A stretch of 64,000 nt of DNA from Noviherbaspirillum sp. (GCF_035654295.1 NZ_DASRXF010000016.1:10663-74662), one strand, 5' to 3'. Shown: positions 7,477 through 17,740, counted from the stretch's first letter. Notes: generated from the letters alone by a model not told the origin. Made by a program: numbers and translations.

Positions 7477-8961
7477 TCAGGCGGCCTTCTGCGACGGCAG
7501 CTTCGATACCAGGCGCAGGGAGACGGTGAGTCCTTCGAGCTGGTAGTGCGGCCGCAGGAAGAACTTGGAGCTGTAGTAGCCGGGATTGCCTTCCACATCT
7601 TCCACCACGACCTCGGCCGAGGCCAGCGGACGGCGTGCCTTGGTTTCGTCGGAGGAAATGGACGGGTCGCCGTCGACGTACTGCATGATCCAGTCGTTCA
7701 GCCAGCGCTGCATGTCGTTGCGTTCCTTGAAGGAGCCGACCTTGTCGCGCACCATGCACTTGAGGTAGTGCGCAAAGCGGCAGACCGCGAACAGGTACGG
7801 CAGCCGGGCGCCGAGATTGGCGTTGGCGGTGGCATCCGGATCGTCGTATTCGGCCGGCTTGTGCAGGGACTGGGCGCCGATGAAGGCGGCAAAGTCGGAG
7901 TTTTTCTTGTGCACCAGGGGCATGAATCCGGTCTTGGCAAGTTCGCTTTCCCGCCGGTCGGAGATCGCGATTTCGGTCGGGCATTTCATGTCCACGCTGC
8001 CGTCGTCGGTCGGGAAGCTGTGTACCGGCAGATTGGGTACCGCGCCGCCCGACTCGATGCCGCGTATCTGCGTGCACCAGCCGTAGAGCTTGAAGGCGCG
8101 GGTGATGTTGGCGGCCATTGCATAGGCGGAATTGGCCCAGGTGTAGCGGCTGTGGTCGCCGGCGGCGGTGTCTTCCTCGAAGGCGAAGTCTTCCACCGGG
8201 TCGGTCTTCTGGCCGTACGGCAGGCGGGCCAGGAAGCGCGGCATGGCCAGGCCGATGTATTGCGAGTCTTCGGAATCGCGCAGGGTCCGCCAGGCTGCGT
8301 ATTCCGGCGTCTGGAAGATCTTGGTCAGGTCGCGCGGGTTGGACAGTTCCTGCCAGGAGTCCATCTGCATCACCGTCGGCGAGGCGCCGGCGATGAAGGG
8401 GCAATGCGCCGCCGAGCCGATCTTGGCCATCTCCGACAACATTTCCACATCCTGCGGTGAATGGTCGAAATGATAGTCGCCCACCAGGCAGCCGAAGGGT
8501 TCTCCGCCGAACTGTCCGTACTCCGCTTCATAGATCTGCTTGAAGAGCGGGCTCTGGTCCCAGTTGGTGCCCTTGTAGCGCTTCAGCGTCTTTTGCAACT
8601 CGGCTTTGGAAATGTTCATCACGCGGATCTTGAGCATCTCGTCAGTTTCAGTATTGTTGACGAGATAGTGGAGCCCGCGCCATGCGCCTTCCAGCTTCTG
8701 CAGGTCGGGATGGTGCAGGATCAGGTTCAGTTGTTCCGACAGCTTGCGATCGAGCGCCGCCACCATCGACTGGATGGTGTCGACGACGTCGTGCTCCAGC
8801 AGCTGCGTCTGCTCCAGCGCCTGCTGCGCCAGCGTCTTGACGGCGGTTTCGACGGCAGTCCTGGCTTCGTCGGTCTTGGGCTTGAATTCCTTGTTCAACA
8901 GGCGCGCAAAGTCGTCGAATTGAACCGCGCCCTGTAATTGCTCTACTTGCAGCTCTGCCAT
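7477..8961 (-). CDS. tssC: TssC (VipB) contractile sheath large subunit
   Basis: 494 aa. Typical TssC sequence throughout, for example PFGCLVGDYHF and LKCMVRDKVGSF. Follows tssB. Confidence 0.95.
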   Translation of the reverse strand: MAELQVEQLQGAVQFDDFARLLNKEFKPKTDEARTAVETAVKTLAQQALEQTQLLEHDVVDTIQSMVAALDRKLSEQLNLILHHPDLQKLEGAWRGLHYLVNNTETDEMLKIRVMNISKAELQKTLKRYKGTNWDQSPLFKQIYEAEYGQFGGEPFGCLVGDYHFDHSPQDVEMLSEMAKIGSAAHCPFIAGASPTVMQMDSWQELSNPRDLTKIFQTPEYAAWRTLRDSEDSQYIGLAMPRFLARLPYGQKTDPVEDFAFEEDTAAGDHSRYTWANSAYAMAANITRAFKLYGWCTQIRGIESGGAVPNLPVHSFPTDDGSVDMKCPTEIAISDRRESELAKTGFMPLVHKKNSDFAAFIGAQSLHKPAEYDDPDATANANLGARLPYLFAVCRFAHYLKCMVRDKVGSFKERNDMQRWLNDWIMQYVDGDPSISSDETKARRPLASAEVVVEDVEGNPGYYSSKFFLRPHYQLEGLTVSLRLVSKLPSQKAA

Positions 8962-8992
8962 GTCGGTCTCCTGCGGCGTTTGATGGTGACGG

Positions 8993-9490
8993 TTAGCTTG
9001 CTTCCGGTTTCGGGCTGGCCGCTAGCGACTTGAGCAGCTCCGGGTCGTTCAAGACTTTTTCGATCAGTTCCTCCGCGCCCGTCTTGCCGTCCATGTAGGT
9101 GATGAGATTGTTGAGCTGCTGCCTTGCCTCCAGCAGCTTGCGCAGCGGCTCGACCTTGCGCGCCAGCGCACCGGGGGAAAAGTCGTCCATGCTCTCGAAG
9201 CTCATTTCCACCTTGATGTCGCCTTCGCCCGTCAGCGCGTTGGGCACCGTGAATTCGGCGCGCGGCTTCATCGCCTTCATCGCGGCGTCGAAATTGTCGA
9301 CGTCGATCTCGACGAACTTGCGCTCCGCCACCGGGGGCAGCGGGTCCTTGGGCTTGCCGGCGAGATCGGCGAGCACGCCCATCACGAAGGGAAGCTGCAC
9401 CTTTTTCTGGGCGCCGAAGACTTCGACGTCGTATTCGATCTGGACGCGCGGTGCGCGGTTGCGTGCGATGAATTTCTGACCTTGTGCCAT
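8993..9490 (-). CDS. tssB: TssB (VipA) contractile sheath small subunit
   Basis: ATG 9490 is preceded by AGGAGG. RAPRVQIEYDVEVFGAQKKVQLPFVMGVLADL is the canonical TssB N-terminus. Confidence 0.93.
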   Translation of the reverse strand: MAQGQKFIARNRAPRVQIEYDVEVFGAQKKVQLPFVMGVLADLAGKPKDPLPPVAERKFVEIDVDNFDAAMKAMKPRAEFTVPNALTGEGDIKVEMSFESMDDFSPGALARKVEPLRKLLEARQQLNNLITYMDGKTGAEELIEKVLNDPELLKSLAASPKPEAS

Positions 9491-9534
9491 GCTGCCTCCT
9501 GTCATGCTTGCGATGAATATTCAGACGCGCCTGC

Positions 9535-10581
9535 TTACGCCTCTTCCCTGCTGCCGGCCACCATGTCCACGGCGGAAATCGCGTCGGGCGCGATGTCGCG
9601 CACGATGTCGTAGAAGCTCATGGTGGAGAGCCGCTGTGCGCGGCGCAGCAGCAGCGGCGCCGGATTGGTCGGTTCATGCTTTTCAAAGTAGGTGCAGATG
9701 AGATCGAGCATGCGGGCGGCATCGGCGCTGGAGCGGATTTCGTTCGATAGCTGGACGCCCGCGGCCTGGCGCGCAACCGCAGGGGAAAGCTGTTCTTGCA
9801 CGGGCTCCGGGACAGGCTCGCCCGCCGATTCGCGCGGGGCCTCGTCGGACACGAACTTCCGGCAGTATTCGGCCAGCGGACGCAGGCGGTCGATCAATGG
9901 CTGCAGGTCCGGCGCGCGTTCCACGCCGACCTGTCCGGACAGATAGGCATGGAGCGCGCGCGTGAGCTCGACGGCACGCTGCGCATGGTTCTCGGAAAAG
10001 TGTCCTTCGGATTGCGCGGAGGCGACCAGTGCATCGATCTCGGGCAGCGCCAGCGGACGGGTGCTGCTATCCGATGACGGCGGCAGTATGCCGAGCGCGA
10101 CTTCCAGCTCACGCACCGTGCAGCCTCCCATTCCCCGCGCCGACACGAAGACGCAGTCGCGGATGTCGGCCAGCAGGCCGGCGCGGTCCGACAGCGGCGC
10201 CAGCGCATTCATCCTGAGGGTGGGGTCGTTATCCTCGCTCTCGTCCAGCTGCGGGTAGATGTGGTCCCAGAGCGTGCGGCACAGCCGCTCGATGATCTGC
10301 AAGCCCTGGACCAGGCCGGCGGGGCCGTGCAGGTGCGTGAGCGCGCGGGTCAGCGCGCAGGCTACGCGCAGGTCGCGCGTGCGGGCCGCCAGCGTCGTCG
10401 CCTGGACCAGCACCTGTTTCCAGTCGGGCGGCTCGGCGGGTATGACGGTCTCGCCGAACTGGCGCTCCGCCCTTCCGCGCTGTGCGACGTCGAGGGCAAG
10501 GAACGCATGGTCGTATTCCAGATCGGAGCCGGCCGGGTTGTCGCCATCCAGCACGCTGCAGAACTGTTCGATCTCGATCAA
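9535..10581 (-). CDS. tssA: TssA (ImpA_N domain) T6SS assembly protein
   Basis: 348 aa. The ImpA N-terminal pattern DNPAGSDLEYDHAFLAL is present. First gene of the tssABC-hcp operon. Confidence 0.88.
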   Translation of the reverse strand: MIEIEQFCSVLDGDNPAGSDLEYDHAFLALDVAQRGRAERQFGETVIPAEPPDWKQVLVQATTLAARTRDLRVACALTRALTHLHGPAGLVQGLQIIERLCRTLWDHIYPQLDESEDNDPTLRMNALAPLSDRAGLLADIRDCVFVSARGMGGCTVRELEVALGILPPSSDSSTRPLALPEIDALVASAQSEGHFSENHAQRAVELTRALHAYLSGQVGVERAPDLQPLIDRLRPLAEYCRKFVSDEAPRESAGEPVPEPVQEQLSPAVARQAAGVQLSNEIRSSADAARMLDLICTYFEKHEPTNPAPLLLRRAQRLSTMSFYDIVRDIAPDAISAVDMVAGSREEA

Positions 10582-10767
10582 GGTCTTCTCCTGTCGCTTG
10601 CGCAGATTACTCTAGCGAGAAATGCAAGGCGTGGCACTAGTACTGAAGCTGTATCCCGCGCCTTCGCAACGCGTGTCGCGCAGCAATACGGCTTTCGTAC
10701 GATTGACCCTCGCCGCGCACTCTCGATACAGTCGGACGATGCGAACTCTCTTGCAGGGGAAGCGAAC

Positions 10768-11559
10768 ATGCACGTTGCGGATACGAGGGCGGCGCAGTCC
10801 GAATTGATCGGCCAGCTTCGCAAACGCCCGGATGATGTCGATGCGCGTCTACAACTTTTCCGCTACGCGGTTGTCGACGGCAACTGGGATCGCGCGCTGA
10901 ACCAGCTGGACGTGGCGGAAAGACTGGACGCCGGTTTGTCGCATACCGCGCTGGTCTACCGGCGCAACATTGTGTGCGAAGGCTTGCGGCAGCGTGTGTT
11001 CGGCGGCGAAGGAACCCCGCTCTTCCTTGGCACGCCGCCGCCGTGGATCGGCTATCTGGTCGAAGCCTTGCGTGCCGAAGACGACGAAACATCCGCAAAG
11101 CTTGTACAGGCTGCGCTGGGCGCTGCGCGTTGTGCAAGCGGAATCATCGATGGCGCACCATTCGCCTGGCTGGCCGATGCCGACAGCCGGCTCGGCCCGG
11201 TGCTGGAAGCCTTCATCGACGGCAAATACTATTGGGTGCCGTTCGAACATTGTTCCCGCATCGCGATACCCGCCCCGGAGGATTTGCTCGACCTCGCATG
11301 GTGCCCGGCGGAACTGACGCTGACCAACGGCGGAACATGCAACGGCTACATTCCCACGCGCTATCCCTCCTGCGCCGCCGATGCCACCGATACCGCCGAC
11401 GCACTCAAGCTCGCACGCCTCACCGAGTGGCATCCCTGGTCGGATAGCCTGCAGAAGGGCGCCGGGCAGCGCATGTTCGTCAGTGACGCGGGCGACTACG
11501 CGCTGCTCGATTGCCGCGAGATCCGCTTCGATGCCCTGCCTGCGGACCTGCCGCAATGA
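10768..11559 (+). CDS. tagJ: TagJ/ImpE/SciE-type T6SS accessory protein
   Basis: In-frame ATG 10768 inside track ORF 10261..11559. TPR-like N-terminus ...RLQLFRYAVVDGNWDRALNQLDVAERLD is typical of ImpE. ATGA overlap with tssE. Confidence 0.8.
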   Translation: MHVADTRAAQSELIGQLRKRPDDVDARLQLFRYAVVDGNWDRALNQLDVAERLDAGLSHTALVYRRNIVCEGLRQRVFGGEGTPLFLGTPPPWIGYLVEALRAEDDETSAKLVQAALGAARCASGIIDGAPFAWLADADSRLGPVLEAFIDGKYYWVPFEHCSRIAIPAPEDLLDLAWCPAELTLTNGGTCNGYIPTRYPSCAADATDTADALKLARLTEWHPWSDSLQKGAGQRMFVSDAGDYALLDCREIRFDALPADLPQ

Positions 11560-12098
11560 GCGCAGACCTGTATTCGCGCGACCGTCTGCAGCCGGCGCTC
11601 ATCGATCGCCTGATCGACGACGCGCCGCAAGACAGGCAGGAAGCGCCGGAGACCAAGGCGATTTCACGCTCCCGCCTGCGCGAAATCGTGTTGCGCGACT
11701 TGAGCTGGCTGTTCAATGCCACCGCGCCGCTCGGCGCCGTGGACGAGCGGCGCTATCCGCAGGCGCGCCATTCCGTGCTGAATTACGGCATGCCCTGCCT
11801 GTCGGGCAAACTCGCGTCGCGGGTGGAGCTGTTCGATCTTGAACAAACCCTGAGGCAGGCCATCCTCGATTTCGAGCCGCGCATCTTGCCCGCCTCGCTG
11901 GCCGTGACCGGCAGGCAGCCGGAAGACGAACTCGGTCATCACAATGTGCTTCAGTTCGAGATCACCGGCGAATTGTGGGCGCAGCCTTACCCCGTCGAAT
12001 TGTGGCTGAGGACGGATGTCGATTTCGAGACGGGCATGGTCAAGGTGCAGGACGGCAAGCTGAGCGCGTCAGCCTTGCGGGCACCGGGAGCAACCTGA
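11556..12098 (+). CDS. tssE: TssE (gp25-like) baseplate protein
   Basis: ATG 11556. LQPALIDRLIDD...LREIVLRDLSWLFN...NYGMP is the typical TssE pattern. Confidence 0.9.
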   Translation: MSADLYSRDRLQPALIDRLIDDAPQDRQEAPETKAISRSRLREIVLRDLSWLFNATAPLGAVDERRYPQARHSVLNYGMPCLSGKLASRVELFDLEQTLRQAILDFEPRILPASLAVTGRQPEDELGHHNVLQFEITGELWAQPYPVELWLRTDVDFETGMVKVQDGKLSASALRAPGAT

Positions 12099-12099
12099 C

Positions 12100-13995
12100 A
12101 TGCATCCCCGCCTGCTGGAGTACTACAACCGGGAACTGGCGCACCTGCGCGACATGGGTGCGGAATTCGCGCAGGAATTCCCGAAGGTGGCGGCACGGCT
12201 GGGAATGGAAGGCCTCGAGGTCGCCGATCCCTATGTGGAAAGACTGATGGAGGGCTTCGCCTTCGTGGCGGCGCGCATCCAGCTCAAGCTCGATGCCGAG
12301 TTTCCGCGCTTCTCGCAGCACATGCTGGAGATGGTGTATCCGCATTATCTTGCGCCGCTGCCTGCGTTTGCCATCGTCGCGCTGCAACCGAACTTTGCGG
12401 AAAGCGCGCTCGCGTCCGGCGTGAAGGTGCCGCGCGGCAGCACCATGCACAGTGTCATTCCGCGCGGCCAGCAGACGGCGTGCGAGTTCCGTACCGCGCA
12501 CGATGTCACCCTCTATCCGATCTCGCTCACGCGTGCAGCCTCTTTCACGCATGCTGCCGACCTGCCGCTCAACCAGGCGAGGCTCGGTGCGCCGCCGCGT
12601 TCCGGCTTGCGCCTGCGGCTGGGATGCCACGGCGGCCTGCAGTTCAGCCAGATCGCCTGCGATGCCCTTCCCTTTCATATCAATGCCGCCGACGATCTAG
12701 CCGTCCCCCTGTACGAGCTGATCTTTGCGCACTGCATTGGCGCCATGGTGGTCCAGGAGGGGAAACTGCTGGCGACCCTCCCGCCCGAAGCGATCATGCA
12801 GACGGGATTCGATCCCGGGGAAGCGCTGCTTCCCTTCGGTCACCGTTCGTTCGACGGTTACCGCTTGCTGCAGGAATACTTCGCGTTTCCACAACGCTTT
12901 CTTTTCTTCAGCGTCACCGGTCTGGAACGTGCCTTGCGGGCGGCGGGGCCGGGCGAGATCGAGATCGTATTGCTGTTCGACCGGCATGAGCCGCGGCTCG
13001 ACGGCGCATTGGAAGCGGAGCATTTCCGCCTGTATGCGACGCCGGCCGTCAACCTGCTGGAGCGCCGGGCGGACCGCGTGCCGCTTGGCGACGGCGAATT
13101 CGAACACCATCTGGTTATCGACCGCACGCGCCCGCTCGACTATGAGGTCTTTTCCGTGCAGCGCGTGCGCGGCTTCGGCAGCGGCGAGACCGCCGAGGTG
13201 GAATTCCTCCCTTTTTACTCCAGCGTGCACGGCCAGGGCCACGGCAGCGCGGGTCAGGCCTACTACACCTTGCGCAGGGAGCCGCGCAAGCCGTCTGCCC
13301 GCCATCAGCAGACCGGCGGGCGCAGCGGCTATGCGGGAACCGAGGTCTTCATGTCGCTGGTCGACGCCCGCGAAGCGCCCTACCCGGGCAGCATCAAGCA
13401 GCTGGGCGCGGAAGTGCTGGCGACCAATCGCGATCTTCCGCTCCTGCTGCCGGTCGCCGCGCAGAATGCGCTGTCGCTCGATGCATCGGCGCCGGTATCC
13501 CGCATCGCCATCCTGCGCGGGCCGACACGCCCCCGTTCGGGCGCGCCGGAAGGCGACCATGCGTGGCGCCTGGTGCATCACCTGTCCTTGAATTACCTCA
13601 GCCTCGGCGGCGAGGAAGAAGGCGGCGAGGAAGAAGGTGGCGTACGGCAGGACGGCGTGCGGGCGCTGCGCACGCTGCTCGGCCTGTACACGGATGCGGG
13701 CGACCCCGGCATGCGCAAGCAGATTGACGCGCTGCAGGCCATTGCGTCGCGGCCTGTCGTGCGGCGCCTGCCCATTCCCGGGCCGATCGCCTTCGGACGC
13801 GGGATCGACATCGACATCCATCTGGACGAGTCGCGCATGGCCGGCAGCGGCGGTTTTCTGCTGGGCGCGGTGCTGGAACGTTTCTTCGCGCAGTACGTAT
13901 CGATCAATTCTTTCACGCAGACCAGGCTTGTCTCGGCCTCGCGTGCGGAGGTGTATCAGTGGCCGGCGAGAATCGGACGCAAGAGCCTGGCATAG
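12100..13995 (+). CDS. tssF: TssF baseplate protein
   Basis: 631 aa. The canonical N-terminus MHPRLLEYYNRELAHLRDMGAEFAQEFPKVAARLGM is present. Confidence 0.95.
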   Translation: MHPRLLEYYNRELAHLRDMGAEFAQEFPKVAARLGMEGLEVADPYVERLMEGFAFVAARIQLKLDAEFPRFSQHMLEMVYPHYLAPLPAFAIVALQPNFAESALASGVKVPRGSTMHSVIPRGQQTACEFRTAHDVTLYPISLTRAASFTHAADLPLNQARLGAPPRSGLRLRLGCHGGLQFSQIACDALPFHINAADDLAVPLYELIFAHCIGAMVVQEGKLLATLPPEAIMQTGFDPGEALLPFGHRSFDGYRLLQEYFAFPQRFLFFSVTGLERALRAAGPGEIEIVLLFDRHEPRLDGALEAEHFRLYATPAVNLLERRADRVPLGDGEFEHHLVIDRTRPLDYEVFSVQRVRGFGSGETAEVEFLPFYSSVHGQGHGSAGQAYYTLRREPRKPSARHQQTGGRSGYAGTEVFMSLVDAREAPYPGSIKQLGAEVLATNRDLPLLLPVAAQNALSLDASAPVSRIAILRGPTRPRSGAPEGDHAWRLVHHLSLNYLSLGGEEEGGEEEGGVRQDGVRALRTLLGLYTDAGDPGMRKQIDALQAIASRPVVRRLPIPGPIAFGRGIDIDIHLDESRMAGSGGFLLGAVLERFFAQYVSINSFTQTRLVSASRAEVYQWPARIGRKSLA

Positions 13996-15050
13996 ACTGG
14001 TACGCGGCCTTGTCCGCGCAGCCGTATGCCTTCGACTTCTACCAGGTATTGCGGCGCATCGACGCCATTCATCGCGGCCTGCCGCGCCTGGGCGATGCGC
14101 TGCGTCCCGCCGACGAAGCGGTACGCCTGTGCCAGGAGCCCTCGCTCACCTTTGCGCCGGCCAACGTGAGCGCCTTCGAGCATCGCCCTCATGGCCCGCC
14201 ACGGCTGGCGTCGCGCTTTCTCGGCCTGTTCGGGCCGCAGGGCGCACTGCCCACGCACCTGACCGAGCTTGCGCGCGCGCGCCTGCGCTCCTACGGCGAC
14301 CCGACACTGGCGCGCTTTGCCGATCTCTTTCATCACCGCCTGCTGTGCGCGTTCTACAAGGCGTGGCGCCAGGCGCAGCCGGCGGCCTGCCACGACCGCC
14401 CGGAGAACGACCGTTTCGCCGCGTATATCGACGCCCTCTTCGGCGGCGAGCTTCACGATGACGCCCTGTCGCACGCCCGGCGCCATTTTGCCGGCGTACT
14501 CTCCCGGCGCACGCGCAATGCCGCCGGGCTGGAAGCCGTGTTGTCCGGTTATTTCCGCGTTCCGGTCTGCCTGGAATCCTTCCACGCGCGCTGGATGGAT
14601 CTTCCGCGGGATCAGCTCTCCACCCTGGGTGGCGCAAGGAACAACTGCATCGGACGCAGCCTCGTGCTGGGCCGGCGCATCCGGGATGCGCAGCATCATT
14701 TCCTGCTCCGCATCGGGCCGTTGACGCTGGCCGAGTACACCGCGCTGCTGCCCGGCAGCAGCGCGGCGGCGCGACTGCGCAACTGGGTACGTTTTTATAC
14801 CGACCGCCAGTTCGGCTGGCGCGCCCAGCTCACGCTGCGGCGCGAAGAGGTGCCGGCCTTGCAGCTTGGCCGGCAGCGGCGGCTGGGCTGGGACGCGTGG
14901 TTGGGCCGTCCCGCTCCCGGCGCAGCAGTGAAAGGCCATTTGCTGAATCCGGAACAGCGAACCGCCGCGCAATCCGCTCCAGGCATTTCCGCACCCGCCA
15001 TCCATCCCGAGATCCGCACCATTCCTGAGGAGGAGCCATGTCTGAAATAA
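13959..15050 (+). CDS. tssG: TssG baseplate protein
   Basis: 363 aa with GTG start. PYAFDFYQVLRRIDAIH is typical of TssG. Overlaps the tssF end and the clpV start. Confidence 0.9.
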   Translation: MAGENRTQEPGIDWYAALSAQPYAFDFYQVLRRIDAIHRGLPRLGDALRPADEAVRLCQEPSLTFAPANVSAFEHRPHGPPRLASRFLGLFGPQGALPTHLTELARARLRSYGDPTLARFADLFHHRLLCAFYKAWRQAQPAACHDRPENDRFAAYIDALFGGELHDDALSHARRHFAGVLSRRTRNAAGLEAVLSGYFRVPVCLESFHARWMDLPRDQLSTLGGARNNCIGRSLVLGRRIRDAQHHFLLRIGPLTLAEYTALLPGSSAAARLRNWVRFYTDRQFGWRAQLTLRREEVPALQLGRQRRLGWDAWLGRPAPGAAVKGHLLNPEQRTAAQSAPGISAPAIHPEIRTIPEEEPCLK

Positions 15051-17734
15051 CCCGTGTCGCGCTGTTCGGCAAACTCAATCCGACGCTCTACAAGGCACTC
15101 GAAGGCGCCACCGTGTTCGCCAAGCTGCGCGGCAATCCCTACGTGGAATTTGTCCACTGGCTGAACCAGGTCCTGCAATTGCCGGACTCCGACCTGCATC
15201 GCATCCTGCGCCACTTCGAATGCGATGCCGGCGTGCTCGCCGCCGACGTCACGCGCAGCCTGGACCGGTTGCCGCGCGGCGCAACCGCCATCTCCGACAT
15301 TTCCCAGCATATCGAGGACAGCATCGAGCGCGCCTGGGTCTACGGCACGCTGATGTTCGGCGCCAACCAGGTACGCAGCGGCCATCTGCTGGTCGGCATG
15401 CTCAAGACCCCGTCCTTGCGCAACCTGCTGCTGCAGATCTCGGCGCAGTTCCAGCGCATTCAAATCGACACGCTTTCCTCGCGCCTGCACAGCATGGTCG
15501 AGGGTTCCTGCGAACAGGGGCAGGCGGCAAGCGGTGCGTCTGCGGCGCCCGGCGAGGCAAGCGCGGCGATTCCCCCGGCGGCGATGGGAAAGGAAGAAGC
15601 GCTCAAGCGTTTCACCCAGGACCTGACCGAGCGTGCGCGCGCCGGTGAAATCGATCCCGTGACGGGCCGCGACGAGGAGATCCGGCAACTGGTGGATATC
15701 CTGATGCGGCGGCGGCAGAACAATCCCATCCTCACCGGGGAAGCCGGCGTCGGCAAGACGGCGGTGGTGGAAGGATTCGCGCTGCGCATCGCGCGCGGCG
15801 ACGTCCCGCCGGCGCTCAGGGATGTGCGACTGCTGTCGCTCGATATCGGCCTGCTGCAGGCCGGCGCATCCATGAAGGGGGAATTCGAGGACCGGCTGCG
15901 CCAGGTCATTGACGAGGTGCAGGCATCGCCCTCGCCAATCGTGTTGTTCGTCGATGAAGCGCATACGCTGATCGGCGCAGGCGGAGCAGCCGGCACGGGC
16001 GACGCCGCCAATCTGCTCAAGCCGGCGCTGGCGCGCGGCACCCTGCGCACCATCGCCGCCACGACCTGGGCCGAGTACAAGAAGTACATCGAAAAAGATC
16101 CCGCGCTGACCCGCCGCTTCCAGGTGGTGCAGGTACATGAACCGGACGAGGAAAAAGCGATACGCATGATGCGCGGCGTGGTCACGCCGCTTGAAAAGCA
16201 TCATCGCGTGCAAGTGCTCGACGCCGCCGTGCGCGCCTCGGTGCAGTTGTCGCATCGCTATATTCCGGCCCGCCAGCTCCCAGACAAGTCGGTCAGCCTG
16301 CTCGATACCGCCTGCGCCCGGGTGGCGGTGAGCCAGCATGCGACGCCGCCGGAAGTCGAGGACCTGGCGCGGCGCATCGAAGCATTGGAAGTCGAAGCCG
16401 GCATCATTGCCCGTGAAGAAGCGATCGGCGAAGAGGTGCAAGCGCGCAAGGAAGAAGTCCTGCGGGCGATGGCAGCCGCGCGCGACCGGCACGCCACGCT
16501 TGAATACCGCTGGAAAGAGGAAAGGCAGCTGGTCGATCGCATCCTTGCCCTGCGCGGCGAGTTGCGCAAGGAAAACCAGGCGGTGGATGACGAGGCGGGA
16601 TTCGGCACCGACGCCGGCCGGCAATCGCAGCTGGCGCAGTTGCGCGAGCTGCAGGCGGCGCTGGCGCGGCTGCAGGGCGACAGGCCGCTCATCCTGCCCT
16701 CGGTGGATGAACAGGCGGTGGCCAGCGTGGTGGCGGACTGGACCGGCATTCCGGTGGGGCGCATGGTCAGCAACGAGGTGAACGCGGTGCTGCGCCTGGC
16801 CGATACGCTCAACGCCCGCGTGCTCGGCCAGCGGCATGGCCTGGACATGATCAGCCGCCGCATCCAGACGGCCCGCGCCAGGCTGGACAACCCGGACAAG
16901 CCGGTCGGCGTCTTCCTGCTCGTCGGCCCTTCGGGCGTGGGCAAGACGGAAACGGCGCTGGCGCTGGCCGAGGCCTTGTACGGCGGCGAACAGAACGTGG
17001 TGACCATCAACATGAGCGAGTTCCAGGAAGCGCACACCGTCTCCACGCTCAAAGGCGCGCCGCCAGGCTACGTGGGCTATGGGGAAGGCGGCGTGCTGAC
17101 CGAAGCGGTGCGGCGCCGCCCCTATAGCGTGGTGCTGCTGGACGAGGTGGAGAAGGCCCACCCCGACGTGCACGAACTGTTCTTCCAGGTATTCGACAAG
17201 GGCCGCATGGAAGACGGCGAAGGACGGATGATCGATTTCCGCAATACCATCATTCTGCTCACATCCAATGTGGGCAGCGACCTGGTGATGAATCTTTGCA
17301 AGGACCCGGAGCTGGTGCCGGACCCGGAGGCACTCGCCACCGCCTTGCGCGATCCCTTGCTGAAGGTGTTTCCGCCGGCGCTGCTGGGTCGCATCGTCAC
17401 CATTCCCTACTACCCGCTGTCGGATGCCATGCTGGGCGACATCGTGCGCTTGCAGCTCGACCGCATCGTGCGCCGCGTGCAGGAGAACCACGGCATTCCG
17501 CTGTCCTATGGCGACGAGGTGGTGCGGCTGGTCGCCAGCCGCTGCACCGAGCTGGAAAGCGGCGGCCGCATGATCGATGCCATCCTGACCAATACGGTCC
17601 TGCCCCGGATCAGCCGCGCCTTGCTGGAGGGGATGGCGGCGGGGGAAACGATTGCCGGCATCCGGCTCGGGGTGGAGGACGGGGATTTCACGTACGCCTT
17701 CGACAAGTCCCCTAATCCGGCGGTTGCGGCGTAA
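15038..17734 (+). CDS. clpV: ClpV/TssH AAA+ sheath-recycling ATPase
   Basis: 898 aa. Two Walker A motifs (GEAGVGKT, GPSGVGKT) and a ClpB-like organisation. GGAGGAG lies before ATG 15038. Confidence 0.95.
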   Translation: MSEITRVALFGKLNPTLYKALEGATVFAKLRGNPYVEFVHWLNQVLQLPDSDLHRILRHFECDAGVLAADVTRSLDRLPRGATAISDISQHIEDSIERAWVYGTLMFGANQVRSGHLLVGMLKTPSLRNLLLQISAQFQRIQIDTLSSRLHSMVEGSCEQGQAASGASAAPGEASAAIPPAAMGKEEALKRFTQDLTERARAGEIDPVTGRDEEIRQLVDILMRRRQNNPILTGEAGVGKTAVVEGFALRIARGDVPPALRDVRLLSLDIGLLQAGASMKGEFEDRLRQVIDEVQASPSPIVLFVDEAHTLIGAGGAAGTGDAANLLKPALARGTLRTIAATTWAEYKKYIEKDPALTRRFQVVQVHEPDEEKAIRMMRGVVTPLEKHHRVQVLDAAVRASVQLSHRYIPARQLPDKSVSLLDTACARVAVSQHATPPEVEDLARRIEALEVEAGIIAREEAIGEEVQARKEEVLRAMAAARDRHATLEYRWKEERQLVDRILALRGELRKENQAVDDEAGFGTDAGRQSQLAQLRELQAALARLQGDRPLILPSVDEQAVASVVADWTGIPVGRMVSNEVNAVLRLADTLNARVLGQRHGLDMISRRIQTARARLDNPDKPVGVFLLVGPSGVGKTETALALAEALYGGEQNVVTINMSEFQEAHTVSTLKGAPPGYVGYGEGGVLTEAVRRRPYSVVLLDEVEKAHPDVHELFFQVFDKGRMEDGEGRMIDFRNTIILLTSNVGSDLVMNLCKDPELVPDPEALATALRDPLLKVFPPALLGRIVTIPYYPLSDAMLGDIVRLQLDRIVRRVQENHGIPLSYGDEVVRLVASRCTELESGGRMIDAILTNTVLPRISRALLEGMAAGETIAGIRLGVEDGDFTYAFDKSPNPAVAA

Positions 17735-17740
17735 GGGATC

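Noticed and set aside
10634-10650. TGGCAC hexamer in the tssA-tagJ divergent region as a sigma54 promoter
   Set aside because: The -12 position reads CTGA where TTGC is expected. The invariant GC is missing at the required 12-nt register, and no bEBP gene lies in the T6SS cluster within this window.
14795-17491. 898-aa ORF on the minus strand, the same length as clpV
   Set aside because: It lies entirely antisense to the clpV reading frame, which has unmistakable AAA+ motifs. The product is Arg/Ala/Gly-rich with no motifs. This is a typical high-GC antisense artefact.
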